Source of the DNA: Calditrichaceae bacterium
GTDB taxonomy: Bacteria; Calditrichota; Calditrichia; Calditrichales; JBFXGD01
Length of the DNA: 64,000 bases
Reading direction: 5' to 3'
NCBI GenBank assembly: GCA_050173015.1
Contig: JBFXLE010000016.1
Coordinates: 31,188 to 95,187, forward strand
The notes under the pieces are model-generated. The model did no database searches, was not told where the DNA came from, and saw nothing but the letters and a program-made list of their open reading frames with translations. Of this stretch, positions 50,379-60,010 are shown piece after piece; the stretch's first letter is position 1; the number at the start of each line of letters is the position of its first letter. A program made the translations under genes and the position numbers.

Positions 50379-51407
50379 GTTGTTGCGCTTCAATGCTCGG
50401 CCTACTCTTTTGTGATTAGTATTTAATAATTTCGCTATCTCTCTGTTTGAATAGTCCGGATTCTCCCTTTTCATCTCGATAATATCGGTATTAAGTTTTT
50501 CTGAATCTTCTGCTGATAACTGCTTCAAATGCTCATATTCACTACCGTAACCAGTGAACGCAAACTCAATAAAATTCTCGGCCTTTTCTATCTGGCAAAC
50601 CAAAACATTTTCGCTATGATATATAATTTCTGTAGCTCTTGCCTTGATTTGTTTTAAATATCTCATACCGGTGTCGCGCGTACTTTCACCGATAGCGAAC
50701 GCACTATCACAGAAATTAATTAGCATTTTACTTCCCTGTAAATCATTCCTGGTTAGTGGTTTTGATAAATCGCGTTTCGGTGTGTGCGCTAAAGCCAAAA
50801 TTGAAAGCCCGTATTTTGATTTTAACGCGTGAAGCTCTTTCATTAAAGGTAGTGCGGTTCTGGCTTTTTCTGTTTCATTTCGCAGGTAAGTAATATTATC
50901 TATAATGATTATTTTTACATCGTTTTCAATTATAGATTGCTCTAATGAATGTGACAGATACGATTCAAAATCATTAAAACTTTCTGGTATATCTGCATAC
51001 GGATTCATTTCCGCCCTTAAAAAATTATCGCTAAAGATATAATGATTTGAATAATTTTCTGAATAGCGATTTTCAAATTGTTTGTCGCTCAATTCGAAAT
51101 CATAGTATAAAACCTTTTGTGGCTCGGCGTCCATTTTTAATATGGAAATATCTTGCCCCCTGCTGATTGAATCGGCAATCTGAACGGCTAAAATAGATTT
51201 GCCTAAATTGGTATCAGCGAAGAGAATACAAAGTTCATTCTCAAACCAAAATTCACCGAATAAGGTTCTGGGAATCGGTCTTTTCTTTGCCTGCTCTATA
51301 AATCTGTTGGCTGATAAGATTTTAAATAATTCCCGTGGCTCCGGTTCATCATTTACGGTTACATCGAGTTCGCTTAAAATTGGATCATGGTAAATAGTGT
51401 TGTTCAT
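50373..51407 (-). CDS. AAA_25/RecA-type helicase (Rep) with C-terminal HTH
   Basis: Walker A ADTNLGKS, YYDFE, IIIDN Walker B, AHTPK, LKQIKAR; HTH YSNREIAKLLNTNHKRVGRAL. Confidence 0.82.
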   Translation of the reverse strand: MNNTIYHDPILSELDVTVNDEPEPRELFKILSANRFIEQAKKRPIPRTLFGEFWFENELCILFADTNLGKSILAVQIADSISRGQDISILKMDAEPQKVLYYDFELSDKQFENRYSENYSNHYIFSDNFLRAEMNPYADIPESFNDFESYLSHSLEQSIIENDVKIIIIDNITYLRNETEKARTALPLMKELHALKSKYGLSILALAHTPKRDLSKPLTRNDLQGSKMLINFCDSAFAIGESTRDTGMRYLKQIKARATEIIYHSENVLVCQIEKAENFIEFAFTGYGSEYEHLKQLSAEDSEKLNTDIIEMKRENPDYSNREIAKLLNTNHKRVGRALKRNNL

Positions 51408-52428
51408 TTTTAATTCCTTTTAAAGTTTGTACTTCCGCTTCATATTTTGATAGTCCGCCTTGATACTCCATTATCGCGGCGCGTTCTTCAAATATTTCTC
51501 TTTCATATTCTGACAAGTCCTGAATTGCCTGCTGTAATTCGCGTAACCTGCTTATAAGATAATCTGCGATGTCCCATCCTTCCGCCTGGTTACTAAAAAG
51601 ATCAATTACCTTTGCATGAATAGAAATTGATTCTAATGATTCCTTTGTCCTGTCTGCGTTCTCTCGTCCTGGTTTATCATTATCGAATAGAATTGATACG
51701 TTCCTATTCCTTAGCACTTTGGCCTTGTCACGAGTTAGTCCGGTAGTTCCGCCCGTGGCAATCCAAACCTTGTCCGGCATCGCGTATGATCCGACAATGA
51801 CCGTTTTCTCAGATTCTACCATTATGACCGGTGTGTTCCTTGTCCGGTTGTGAAGTTGAAATTCTCCGAATAGACAAGTTTCATAATTCTGCTTCTTTGA
51901 AAACATGAATTTCGGAAATATAGCCTTGTCCCTATGAAGATTTTCCGAGTAAACAAATTCTTTCGCGTTTACAAATCGGCCTTGTATGTCCTGATAAAAA
52001 AACAAGGTTCGGTTATTCCGCCCACGTCCCAGGTTACACCTAATCAAATGACTTTCCGGTATCCCCAACTCCATTAAACCGGCTGCGAACCTGTCGCGCT
52101 GTAAATCTGTCTGGCTCGCGAATACCTGATATTCGCTTATATATTGCCGTGGCTGTATGGACTCTGTTTTATTCGCTCCCTGTCGCGTTCCTGGCTTATC
52201 TGTGGCGCGTTTGGTGGCAGGGGGCATGACATAACCCGTCGCGCTGTGCGATGTCTTTATATGCGCTGTCTGTGGCTCTGTGTGGCTTCCTGGAACGGGT
52301 ATAAATTCACCACATGCAAAGCATTTTCCGTATGGTTGCCGTTCGTGCCCGCGAATAGGTGCGAATCCGCGCCTGGCATTACAGGCAGGGCATCTTGTGC
52401 GGATATTTGAAAAGATTAATTCTGACAT
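51385..52428 (-). CDS. Primase-like protein (Zn finger + DUF6371/Toprim)
   Basis: CPAC..CFAC Zn finger, CLFGE, VESEKT, WIATGG, Toprim FDNDKPG, WDIADY, C-terminal FEERAAIMEY.GGL. Confidence 0.8.
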   Translation of the reverse strand: MSELIFSNIRTRCPACNARRGFAPIRGHERQPYGKCFACGEFIPVPGSHTEPQTAHIKTSHSATGYVMPPATKRATDKPGTRQGANKTESIQPRQYISEYQVFASQTDLQRDRFAAGLMELGIPESHLIRCNLGRGRNNRTLFFYQDIQGRFVNAKEFVYSENLHRDKAIFPKFMFSKKQNYETCLFGEFQLHNRTRNTPVIMVESEKTVIVGSYAMPDKVWIATGGTTGLTRDKAKVLRNRNVSILFDNDKPGRENADRTKESLESISIHAKVIDLFSNQAEGWDIADYLISRLRELQQAIQDLSEYEREIFEERAAIMEYQGGLSKYEAEVQTLKGIKNEQHYLP

Positions 52429-52431
52429 CTT

Positions 52432-52743
52432 TTAAAATCCGTTCACATATTCCGCGGCATCGGCTTCTATTTCATCATTCGATTTATAGCGGCCTGATTT
52501 ATTCATAATATAGTTATTCAAATCTTCAACCTTGAAATAAATACGGCGTCCGCTCGGCTTGTAAAACGGAATGATCTTTTTAGATGATAGCTGGTATAAT
52601 GATTGCTTAGGAATGCCGATATAGTCCGCGGCTTCACTAACGCTCATGAACGGCTTGTCGCGCTTGAGTGTTAAGGTTTTTAATTCCTGAATCTCGGAAA
52701 GAAGTTTCTCTAAGGTGTGTGAAATGTGTGTGAAGTCTGCCAT
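52432..52743 (-). CDS. Excisionase / MerR-like HTH (HTH_17) protein
   Basis: MSVSEAADYIGIPKQSLYQL..IPFYKP..RIYFKVEDL. Confidence 0.88.
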   Translation of the reverse strand: MADFTHISHTLEKLLSEIQELKTLTLKRDKPFMSVSEAADYIGIPKQSLYQLSSKKIIPFYKPSGRRIYFKVEDLNNYIMNKSGRYKSNDEIEADAAEYVNGF

Positions 52744-52853
52744 AATTTTCCCTCATAGTTAATTGTACAACGATTTTATTAATAACTATAAGGGGCATAT
52801 TGAAAACGGTGTGCCATTAGCAATTAGCAAAAATCCGCTAATCGCTTATAATA

Positions 52854-53693
52854 TTAATAGTTGAGTAGTCCCTTCTTTTTGATATTGTTTCTTACAGTGG
52901 TGTGGTGAATACCAAGTATTCTTCCTATCTTTGTATAATTTATTCCGCCGTTATTTTTTCTGTTTTCATCAATTATTCTTCTCCATTCAATCTCGGTCAT
53001 ATTTCTATAGTCTAAGTTCATTTTTTTACTTTTATCTCGTAAGATTAACGCTACGTTGTTTGCTGTCGCCAACTGATTGTTTATCACTTCATTGTCTCTA
53101 CGTAGCTTTTCGTTCTCACGTGTCAATCTTGAAAATTCCGATTCACCATTTTCAACCATCGCATCTATAACATATTTTGTAATACCATCATGTTTTGATT
53201 TCAACCCTGAATATTCATCTTTGATTAAATAATAATCTATGTTTTTTAATTCTTGTTCGGCAACAAATAACGTTGAATCAAATTTATCTGTGGGCTTGCG
53301 ATTCAAGAAACCCTGAAAGATGGCGTGTATAGATAATCTGGTGGTATTAAAACGTTTAATAAGTTTGAGACTGATTGCGTTTGTGCGGATAAAGTTGTCA
53401 TATCGTTTATAATTTTTTAGAAACACAGAAGAAAACAGATATAAATTGACAAGACAGAAATCCCTATATTCCTGAATTTCATCATCTACCAGCTTGTTTT
53501 TATTCAGTGCTTCGTTCGCGTCGTCCGGTAATTTTGCAAGAAAAGATTCGACTAAAAAGATAATATCTTCTCTATACTTTGAAATTTTTTTATTCTTTTT
53601 CTCCAATTCTTCAAATAGTACTCTGACCGCAATCCCTTTACTAACACGTATTAAGTTTAGGATTTCATAAAATTCTTTATTTTCATTATCCAT
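52854..53693 (-). CDS. Hypothetical AT-rich element protein with a coiled coil and C-terminal HTH
   Basis: RLTRENEKLRRDNE coiled coil; INYTKIGRILGIHHTTVRNNI HTH. Confidence 0.7.
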   Translation of the reverse strand: MDNENKEFYEILNLIRVSKGIAVRVLFEELEKKNKKISKYREDIIFLVESFLAKLPDDANEALNKNKLVDDEIQEYRDFCLVNLYLFSSVFLKNYKRYDNFIRTNAISLKLIKRFNTTRLSIHAIFQGFLNRKPTDKFDSTLFVAEQELKNIDYYLIKDEYSGLKSKHDGITKYVIDAMVENGESEFSRLTRENEKLRRDNEVINNQLATANNVALILRDKSKKMNLDYRNMTEIEWRRIIDENRKNNGGINYTKIGRILGIHHTTVRNNIKKKGLLNY

Positions 53694-53728
53694 TTGCTTA
53701 TATTCCTTGTGTGTTCATTTTTAATTCA

Positions 53729-53757
53729 AGCCGGTAAGCGTGTTTGCTTCCGGCTTT
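53729..53757 (-). terminator. Hairpin downstream of the integrase
   Basis: AAGCCGG...CCGGCTT inverted repeat. Confidence 0.55.
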
Positions 53758-54911
53758 TATATTTTTGGTAGTCTGTCTATCGCCTTATCTTTATCGCTGT
53801 CGATTAGTTTTGCATATATCTGCGTTACTCTCACGTCCTTATGCCCGAGTAATTTACTTACAGTATAAATATCTACTCCGGAAGCAAGTGCAAGACAAGC
53901 AAAGGTGTGTCTTCCTGTATGCCAACCTATATTTTTATTTATTCCTGCTTCTGCTGTCCATTTCTTAAGATGTGCTAATGCTTTATTCTCAGCAATCAAA
54001 TTAAAGACCTTGTTCTCAGGCTCAATCGGTTCTACTCTTTGTGTGATTATAATTTCGTTTGCTGTCGCTGAAAGTTTAAGCCTTTGTACTCCGCTCGTTT
54101 TCTTCTGGATGAAATTGATATATTCACCCTGAACTTCTTTCCATATTAATTTTTTAATATCGCTAATCCGTAATCCGGTAAAGCATGAAAATAAAAAGGC
54201 TCGCTTGGTTTGCTCGTTCGCACAAGATGTTTGGTTCAATTTCTGTATCTCTCCAAACGTGAGAAATTCCCGCTGCGTTTCAATTTTGGAAATTGTCACA
54301 AATTGTGCCGGACTTTTGATAAGAATGTTTTTCTTTACCGCGATATTTAAACAGGTTTTCAACTTTCCGAAATACTCGTTCGCTGTATTCGCTGACAAAT
54401 TAGATTTTAGATATTCCGCGAACTTTTCGCAGAAGTCTGTCGTCATATCTAAAAAGGTGATATTCTTATTCCGCGTGAATTTGGTTAAGTGTCTTAATGT
54501 GTGTCTCCAATTTTTTTGGTCTGATTTGGAACGGTCTTTGATCTGATGTTCAAAGAATTTAAGAAAATTCATCTTCTGATTTTCGTGCATTAATCTAAAG
54601 CCAAACTTGTTTTGAAAATATTCGCTGTCGCGTTTCTTCTGGATTTGCTCGGCCTTCGTTAGTGCTTCCTTATCCGCGCGCTTAGTGTTGCGCTTCCCTT
54701 CGTAATATATCCCCAGAAATTCCTTTTCCTGCTTTCCGCCCCGATTCAATTCTAAATAAAAATAATATCGTCCGGAGAATGCTTTTTTAACTCTAAGCCG
54801 AATGGCAGCGTTTTCATTTATTGAAGCAAGGTGTTCTTTCAGGCTCCATTTCTTTGATTTTTTTTGCTCATTTTGCGGTTTTATTGACAAAACGTTATTG
54901 GCTTTGTCCAT
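53757..54911 (-). CDS. int: Tyrosine recombinase (phage integrase family)
   Basis: N-terminal arm-binding-like region, FTGLRISD, QKKT, HTGRHTFA, LLGH, TQIYAK catalytic residues. Confidence 0.96.
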   Translation of the reverse strand: MDKANNVLSIKPQNEQKKSKKWSLKEHLASINENAAIRLRVKKAFSGRYYFYLELNRGGKQEKEFLGIYYEGKRNTKRADKEALTKAEQIQKKRDSEYFQNKFGFRLMHENQKMNFLKFFEHQIKDRSKSDQKNWRHTLRHLTKFTRNKNITFLDMTTDFCEKFAEYLKSNLSANTANEYFGKLKTCLNIAVKKNILIKSPAQFVTISKIETQREFLTFGEIQKLNQTSCANEQTKRAFLFSCFTGLRISDIKKLIWKEVQGEYINFIQKKTSGVQRLKLSATANEIIITQRVEPIEPENKVFNLIAENKALAHLKKWTAEAGINKNIGWHTGRHTFACLALASGVDIYTVSKLLGHKDVRVTQIYAKLIDSDKDKAIDRLPKI

Positions 54912-54937
54912 GTTTCTTAATCCTTTACGCTTATTTT

Positions 54938-54962
54938 CTGAGAACTAAATGAGAACTAAAAT
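54938..54962 (+). repeat. Putative integrase arm-type site
   Basis: Exact copy of 49524-49548. Confidence 0.8.
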
Positions 54963-55087
54963 TGCTAAAAACAACCAAAAACAATTAATATTTAGGACTT
55001 ACGATTTTCGTACTAAATTACTGTTTTTTATTGCTTTTGGTAACTATCAAAAAATAACGAAAAATAACAAAAAAGGCAAGAATATTA

Positions 55088-55114
55088 TAGGTTCGAGTCC
55101 TACCGCCGGAGCAT
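55088..55114 (+). repeat. att site (distal copy; displaced tRNA 3' end)
   Basis: Exact 27-bp copy of 49455-49481. Confidence 0.95.
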
Positions 55115-55115
55115 T

Positions 55116-55156
55116 AAGACCTTGTTAAACTTAAACTTAGCAAGGTCTTTTTTTTT
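55116..55156 (+). terminator. Terminator after the distal att site
   Basis: AAGACCTTGTTAA..TTAGCAAGGTCTT plus a T tract. Confidence 0.85.
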
Positions 55157-55368
55157 GCCCCAGAACTAAACCGGAACATTGTGTTGGTTTTCATTTCACT
55201 TCTTTATTTTAACAAACGCCTTCTGCCCTTAAAGTTGCCGTTTTATTAATTTGTCCCTATATTTTACGAAATATCCGAAAACTCTCCTGTTGATTTTCAT
55301 AGCGTTTTGTATCCACCGGATGGGATTGTAGAAATTATCATGGGGCGGCGAATGACAGGAAACAAGTT

Positions 55369-56094
55369 ATGTCCAAAAACATGAATACCCGAGCAGTTAT
55401 ATGGGATTATGACGGCACGCTTGTCGATACCAGACAAAAGAATTTGAATGTCACAAAAAAAATCATCGAGAAGATCAGCGGGAAAAATTCAGATGAGTTT
55501 CCTGCCCTGCAGTCCATCCCAAACTATCAAAGGGCAAATATTAAGTCTGCCAACTGGCGCGAACTTTACAGAAACGAATTTCTGTTAAATGACAGTCAGA
55601 TTGATGAAGCGGGCAAATTATGGACAGAATTTCAACTGGCGGATCATACTGATGTGCCGTTTTTCCCGGGGATTGAAAAGGTGATTCGTCATCCCGGAAT
55701 TAAAACTCAGGCAATCGTATCTCAAAATTCAAAATCAAACATTGTCACTAAATTAAAAGAAAATAACCTGTTGTCTTTTTTTAATTTAATCATTGGATAT
55801 GAAGAAGTTGATATACGAGAGCAAAAACCCAACCCGCGCGGATTGTTGTTATGTATCGATAAGCTACGTATATCAAATCCCTGTACTATTTTTTATGTGG
55901 GCGACCATGAAACAGACGTTCAGTGCGTGATCAACACAAAAATGCATCTGGAACAGCAAAAAAGCGGATGGAACATACTTAGTATCGGCGCGCTTTACGG
56001 AGCAGAAAACAACGCGGATTCATGGCAGGCAAAACCGGATTACAAGGCGCAGAACGCGGCAGATATCCTTCAGATCATAGCCGACCATCAGTAG
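55369..56094 (+). CDS. HAD family hydrolase
   Basis: WDYDGTLVDT, VSQN, KPNP, VGDHETD. Confidence 0.9.
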   Translation: MSKNMNTRAVIWDYDGTLVDTRQKNLNVTKKIIEKISGKNSDEFPALQSIPNYQRANIKSANWRELYRNEFLLNDSQIDEAGKLWTEFQLADHTDVPFFPGIEKVIRHPGIKTQAIVSQNSKSNIVTKLKENNLLSFFNLIIGYEEVDIREQKPNPRGLLLCIDKLRISNPCTIFYVGDHETDVQCVINTKMHLEQQKSGWNILSIGALYGAENNADSWQAKPDYKAQNAADILQIIADHQ

Positions 56095-56122
56095 CAAGAA
56101 ATTATTATTTCCTGAAATAAAC

Positions 56123-56152
56123 AAGCCCTGTCCGGTTTGAACAGGGCTTTTA
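56123..56152. terminator. Terminator between convergent genes
   Basis: AAGCCCTGT..ACAGGGCTT followed by T residues. Confidence 0.8.
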
Positions 56153-56163
56153 TTTTGCGTCAA

Positions 56164-59100
56164 TTAATTAAACAGGTAACGAATTCCGATTTGCGCCCGC
56201 CAGCGTGAATCCAGTCCCGGGTCATCAATATAAGTCTTACTCGGGCCCTGATAATGGAATATGGGATCTCCTTCCGCCGTAAATTTAGGACTTCCGTCTG
56301 TATTGGTGGCAAGTTCCAGCGGGGAAGTGGCGGCTGAACTGGCAACCTCTCTTACGCCCCAGTCCGAATTAATCAGATTCGCGACATTTAAGATATCCAG
56401 GCTGAGCTGGAATGTGTGTTTGTGACCGTTCATATTAATGGCGAAATCCTGCAGAATCCTCAAGTCGATATTACTAAACCATGGGTTGATGGCGCCAAAC
56501 CGTTCGGTAATCTCACCGCGATGCTCTTTTAAATAATCATCCTGTTCGATAAATTTATTAAACCGGCTCCACTGTTCCGCAGCAGTGACAAGATTACCGT
56601 TATCATCAGTGTAATCTTCAAAATTGATTTCACTTTCATCGCGCGGGACATAAATGAGGTCATTTCCCGCCATTCCATCACCGTTTACATCGCCTGAATA
56701 GAGGAACGAATACCTGTTTCCCCCAGCGCCGAAGAACCTGTTACCCTCCGCATATTCGAAAAACATTCCAAAATGGGTGGCCCAACTCTTCGACCAGACA
56801 TGACGGTAAGTGGCTCCGCCAATAAACCTGTGCCGGTTTCCAAACTCTGAATAACCCAATTCCGGTTTGTTCGGATTACCTTTTGTTGGATTCTCCGCCC
56901 ATAAAACACTGGCAATCTCTGTGGATTTAAGAGTGTTTTTCGCCTCGAGGAATGTATACGAAAATGTCGTGTTTAGTCCCATATCAAATGACTTGCGCAA
57001 CTGAGCGGTAAAACTGTAATTATAGCCTTTTCCGGTATTATCAATCACGTACACTCCGGCTCCGCCATCCGGATTCAGTTCGTTACTCCCCGCGCCACCA
57101 TAATAAGGGCGTCCGTCAATCGGCATGAACCGGACGGGACTGACGAGATCGGCATTTCTCACAAAAACAGAGTTGATATCGTCACCATAAATAAATTCAA
57201 GAGTGCCTAATAGTCCCCACCATGGAAGTTTCTGATCAACGGCCAGGTTGGTCGTCCATACCTGTGGCCATTTGAAATCATCATCCATGGCATTCAGGTC
57301 AAACGATCTTTGATGCGCGGGTAAATTCGGATTCTGCCCCGGATTGGAGATGTTGTTTCCAACCCAAACAAAAGGTACACGTCCGGTAAAAATACCCGTT
57401 CCGCCGCGGACCTGAGTACTCCTGTCTCCCTTCACATCCCAGTTAAAGCCAAATCGTGGAGAAAACAAGGGTGAGGAATCCGGCAGTTTGCTTTGATCTA
57501 CCGTCTCGGGATTACCATTTTCATCCAGCAAGGTCAATCCCCTGGAAAACGGATTATCGACTACATCATTAAAGTAGAATGGAAGATCAACCCTCAATCC
57601 AAGTTTCACATTAAAGTTTGGCGTAAGTAAATATTCATCCTGAGCATAAACCGCCAGCTGTCCCACATCTATATCTTCGCCCTTGTACGGGCCGGTCCCA
57701 ACCATTCCTCTCAGATCGATCGGATCACTGGGATCCGTCGCCGCAAAAAAATCATCCAATGAGGGAAACATACTGCCGTTGGGTATCCCATCGCCTTCAA
57801 AATCAACAAAATAAGGCAGGAAAAATACCCCATGACGGAATATATTAAATGAGTTAAAGAATGAATAGGTCTCAAACGTCGTTCCCGCGGTCAACACGTG
57901 CTTACCCTTAAAATAGGTCACATTATTCGTGAACTGCCATACATCCTGATCAAGAATATTGTTAATCGAAAACGGCTCATGTCCAAGCGTGGTATAGGTT
58001 ACCCCATTTTCAGCGATATCGATCGTTGGGAAATCTTCACTGAATGGATTTCTAAAATCCCTAAAACGGTTATAGCTGGCAAAGAACCGGTTTGTAACCT
58101 TCCCAAAACGGCTGTTCACCTCAAGCGCGTAGGAATTGAGTTCGTTGTTAATCTCATAACCTGAATTCTTAAAAGGCAAGCTGCTCTGATTCGGTCCCCG
58201 GCCGGTTCCGCCAAAACTTAATACAAACGGATGCGGAGGAAGGTCTCGACGCGCGTCAAGATAGTTATACCTGAAAGAGGCGTTATTGTTTTCATTGATA
58301 TTCCAGTCCAGTTTAAAAAGCAGCTTTTCATTATTAGTCTCATGAACATACCCCTCATACGGACCCGGATCGTACCCATACACATCGATCATCCTTTGTC
58401 TAATGGAGTCCATGATCGCCGCTCTGACACGTGACTCCCCAAATTCGACATTGCCGTCACGATCCGCCGCAAAATTTGTTCCCGGGTCATCTCTTCTCTC
58501 AAGCTCGCCGTTAATAAAGAAGAATAATTTATTTTCAATAATCGGTCCGCTCACCGTGAAGCCCGATTGATTGAACGAGAGATCCGGATTTGCGATCACC
58601 TCCGCACCTTTAACTTTATTACCGATAAAATTCTCATTCCTGTAAAAACTATAGAGAGAACCTTTAAATTGATTTGTACCGCTTTTGGTCACTGTATTGA
58701 TACCGGCGCCCGTGAATCCGCCTTCTCTTACATCAAACGGCGCCACAGAAACCTGAACCTGCTCAACGGCATCATACGGAACCGGCTCGGCATTGGCCTG
58801 ACCACCCGGAGATGGATCATCCAGGCCATAGGGATTATTAAAATAAGATCCGTCAAGCGACAGATTGTTATAAAGCCAATTTCTCCCCCCGATACTAAAG
58901 TTGCCGTCACTGCGCGGATCCAAACGGACTAAATCCCTTGTACTACGTTTAACTGAAGGCATCTGTGCTACTTCTTCAGGGTTGATAAATGTTGCCGCCC
59001 CTGTTCTGTCACTGTTCATCACCTCGTCACGCTCCGCGATTACTTCAATGGTCTCGCCTGTCAATGCTTCTTCACGAATCTTAAAATCGATCCGGACGGT

Positions 59101-59415
59101 TTGTCCTAAATTTAAAAATACATTCCGTTCTTCCATTGTAGTATAACCGACAAAGGTCACTGAGACCGTATAAGGTCCGCCCACCCGCATATCAAGAATA
59201 TCGAAAACTCCCCCTGATCTAACAGATGCGCCATAGGACGTTCCGCTTGGCTCATGAACCGCGACAACATTTGCCCCTTCCAGGGGTACACCCTGGTCAT
59301 CTGTGACGATCCCGTTTAACGCGGCCTTTGTAACACCCTGAGCATGAATATTCAAAGGCATTAATAATACCATGTACACGAAAATCAAACTAAAGACAAA
59401 TTTGGCAATCTTCAT
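56164..59415 (-). CDS. TonB-dependent receptor (Oar-like, with N-terminal carboxypeptidase regulatory-like domain)
   Basis: Signal peptide, GGPYTV, APFDVREGGFTGAGIN.VTKSGTN, YAQDE, SPRFGFNWD, C-terminal QIGIRYLFN; GGAGG RBS. Confidence 0.92.
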   Translation of the reverse strand: MKIAKFVFSLIFVYMVLLMPLNIHAQGVTKAALNGIVTDDQGVPLEGANVVAVHEPSGTSYGASVRSGGVFDILDMRVGGPYTVSVTFVGYTTMEERNVFLNLGQTVRIDFKIREEALTGETIEVIAERDEVMNSDRTGAATFINPEEVAQMPSVKRSTRDLVRLDPRSDGNFSIGGRNWLYNNLSLDGSYFNNPYGLDDPSPGGQANAEPVPYDAVEQVQVSVAPFDVREGGFTGAGINTVTKSGTNQFKGSLYSFYRNENFIGNKVKGAEVIANPDLSFNQSGFTVSGPIIENKLFFFINGELERRDDPGTNFAADRDGNVEFGESRVRAAIMDSIRQRMIDVYGYDPGPYEGYVHETNNEKLLFKLDWNINENNNASFRYNYLDARRDLPPHPFVLSFGGTGRGPNQSSLPFKNSGYEINNELNSYALEVNSRFGKVTNRFFASYNRFRDFRNPFSEDFPTIDIAENGVTYTTLGHEPFSINNILDQDVWQFTNNVTYFKGKHVLTAGTTFETYSFFNSFNIFRHGVFFLPYFVDFEGDGIPNGSMFPSLDDFFAATDPSDPIDLRGMVGTGPYKGEDIDVGQLAVYAQDEYLLTPNFNVKLGLRVDLPFYFNDVVDNPFSRGLTLLDENGNPETVDQSKLPDSSPLFSPRFGFNWDVKGDRSTQVRGGTGIFTGRVPFVWVGNNISNPGQNPNLPAHQRSFDLNAMDDDFKWPQVWTTNLAVDQKLPWWGLLGTLEFIYGDDINSVFVRNADLVSPVRFMPIDGRPYYGGAGSNELNPDGGAGVYVIDNTGKGYNYSFTAQLRKSFDMGLNTTFSYTFLEAKNTLKSTEIASVLWAENPTKGNPNKPELGYSEFGNRHRFIGGATYRHVWSKSWATHFGMFFEYAEGNRFFGAGGNRYSFLYSGDVNGDGMAGNDLIYVPRDESEINFEDYTDDNGNLVTAAEQWSRFNKFIEQDDYLKEHRGEITERFGAINPWFSNIDLRILQDFAINMNGHKHTFQLSLDILNVANLINSDWGVREVASSAATSPLELATNTDGSPKFTAEGDPIFHYQGPSKTYIDDPGLDSRWRAQIGIRYLFN

Positions 59416-60010
59416 AAGCAACCTCCAAAATTGCATGGGATTAATTAAAATAATGATTAATTAAAAATCCCCCGGGATATCAATATCGGTCCCCTCCTTT
59501 CCTCGATATGATGTTGTCAGAGAATTATTTTAAAGTAAAACCTTATAGATGTCTTTTTACCGCCGGGAAATCTAAACATATAGATTATCTATCCGCCAGA
59601 TTGACCGAAACCGCTCTCTTGGAAATCCCTTTTGTTCTCCGGATGATACAACTAAAGATTTTTGATGGGCAGAATCTGCCGTTTTCAGCTGATTAGAGTG
59701 TGAGAAGATTCGTAATTCGTTTCAGAACCCGAAATGAACACTTAATTATAATAAATCGTATTTAGCCATACAATAAAATAATTTTTATTTCCTGAACTTG
59801 TACTTTTCTCAAATCAGGTAACGAAAGTTAGATAAACTAACCAACCTTTTGCAATCTAATTATATTAGCGATTATATCTTCATGATTGATTTCCGGACAG
59901 GTATTCTAAAATGATGGGAAATATGATTCATTTTATTCGCAATTTCTTTGATCTCCGGCAAGAAAAATCGTATTTTCTCACAGTCTGAATATTATCCATT
60001 CGGAGAAATT

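Larger units (their letters stand above)
49455..55114 (-). mobile_element. tRNA-Asn-integrated element (~5.6 kb), phage-satellite/PICI-like
   Basis: 27-bp direct repeats of the tRNA 3' end flank the integrase, HTH protein, excisionase, primase, helicase, repeat array and TerS-like gene. Confidence 0.92.

Noticed and set aside
49455-55114. Complete prophage or conjugative element
   Set aside because: No structural, lysis, TerL, relaxase or T4SS genes in 5.6 kb
55088-55114. Second tRNA gene
   Set aside because: Only the T arm and 3' acceptor strand are present; it is the att duplication
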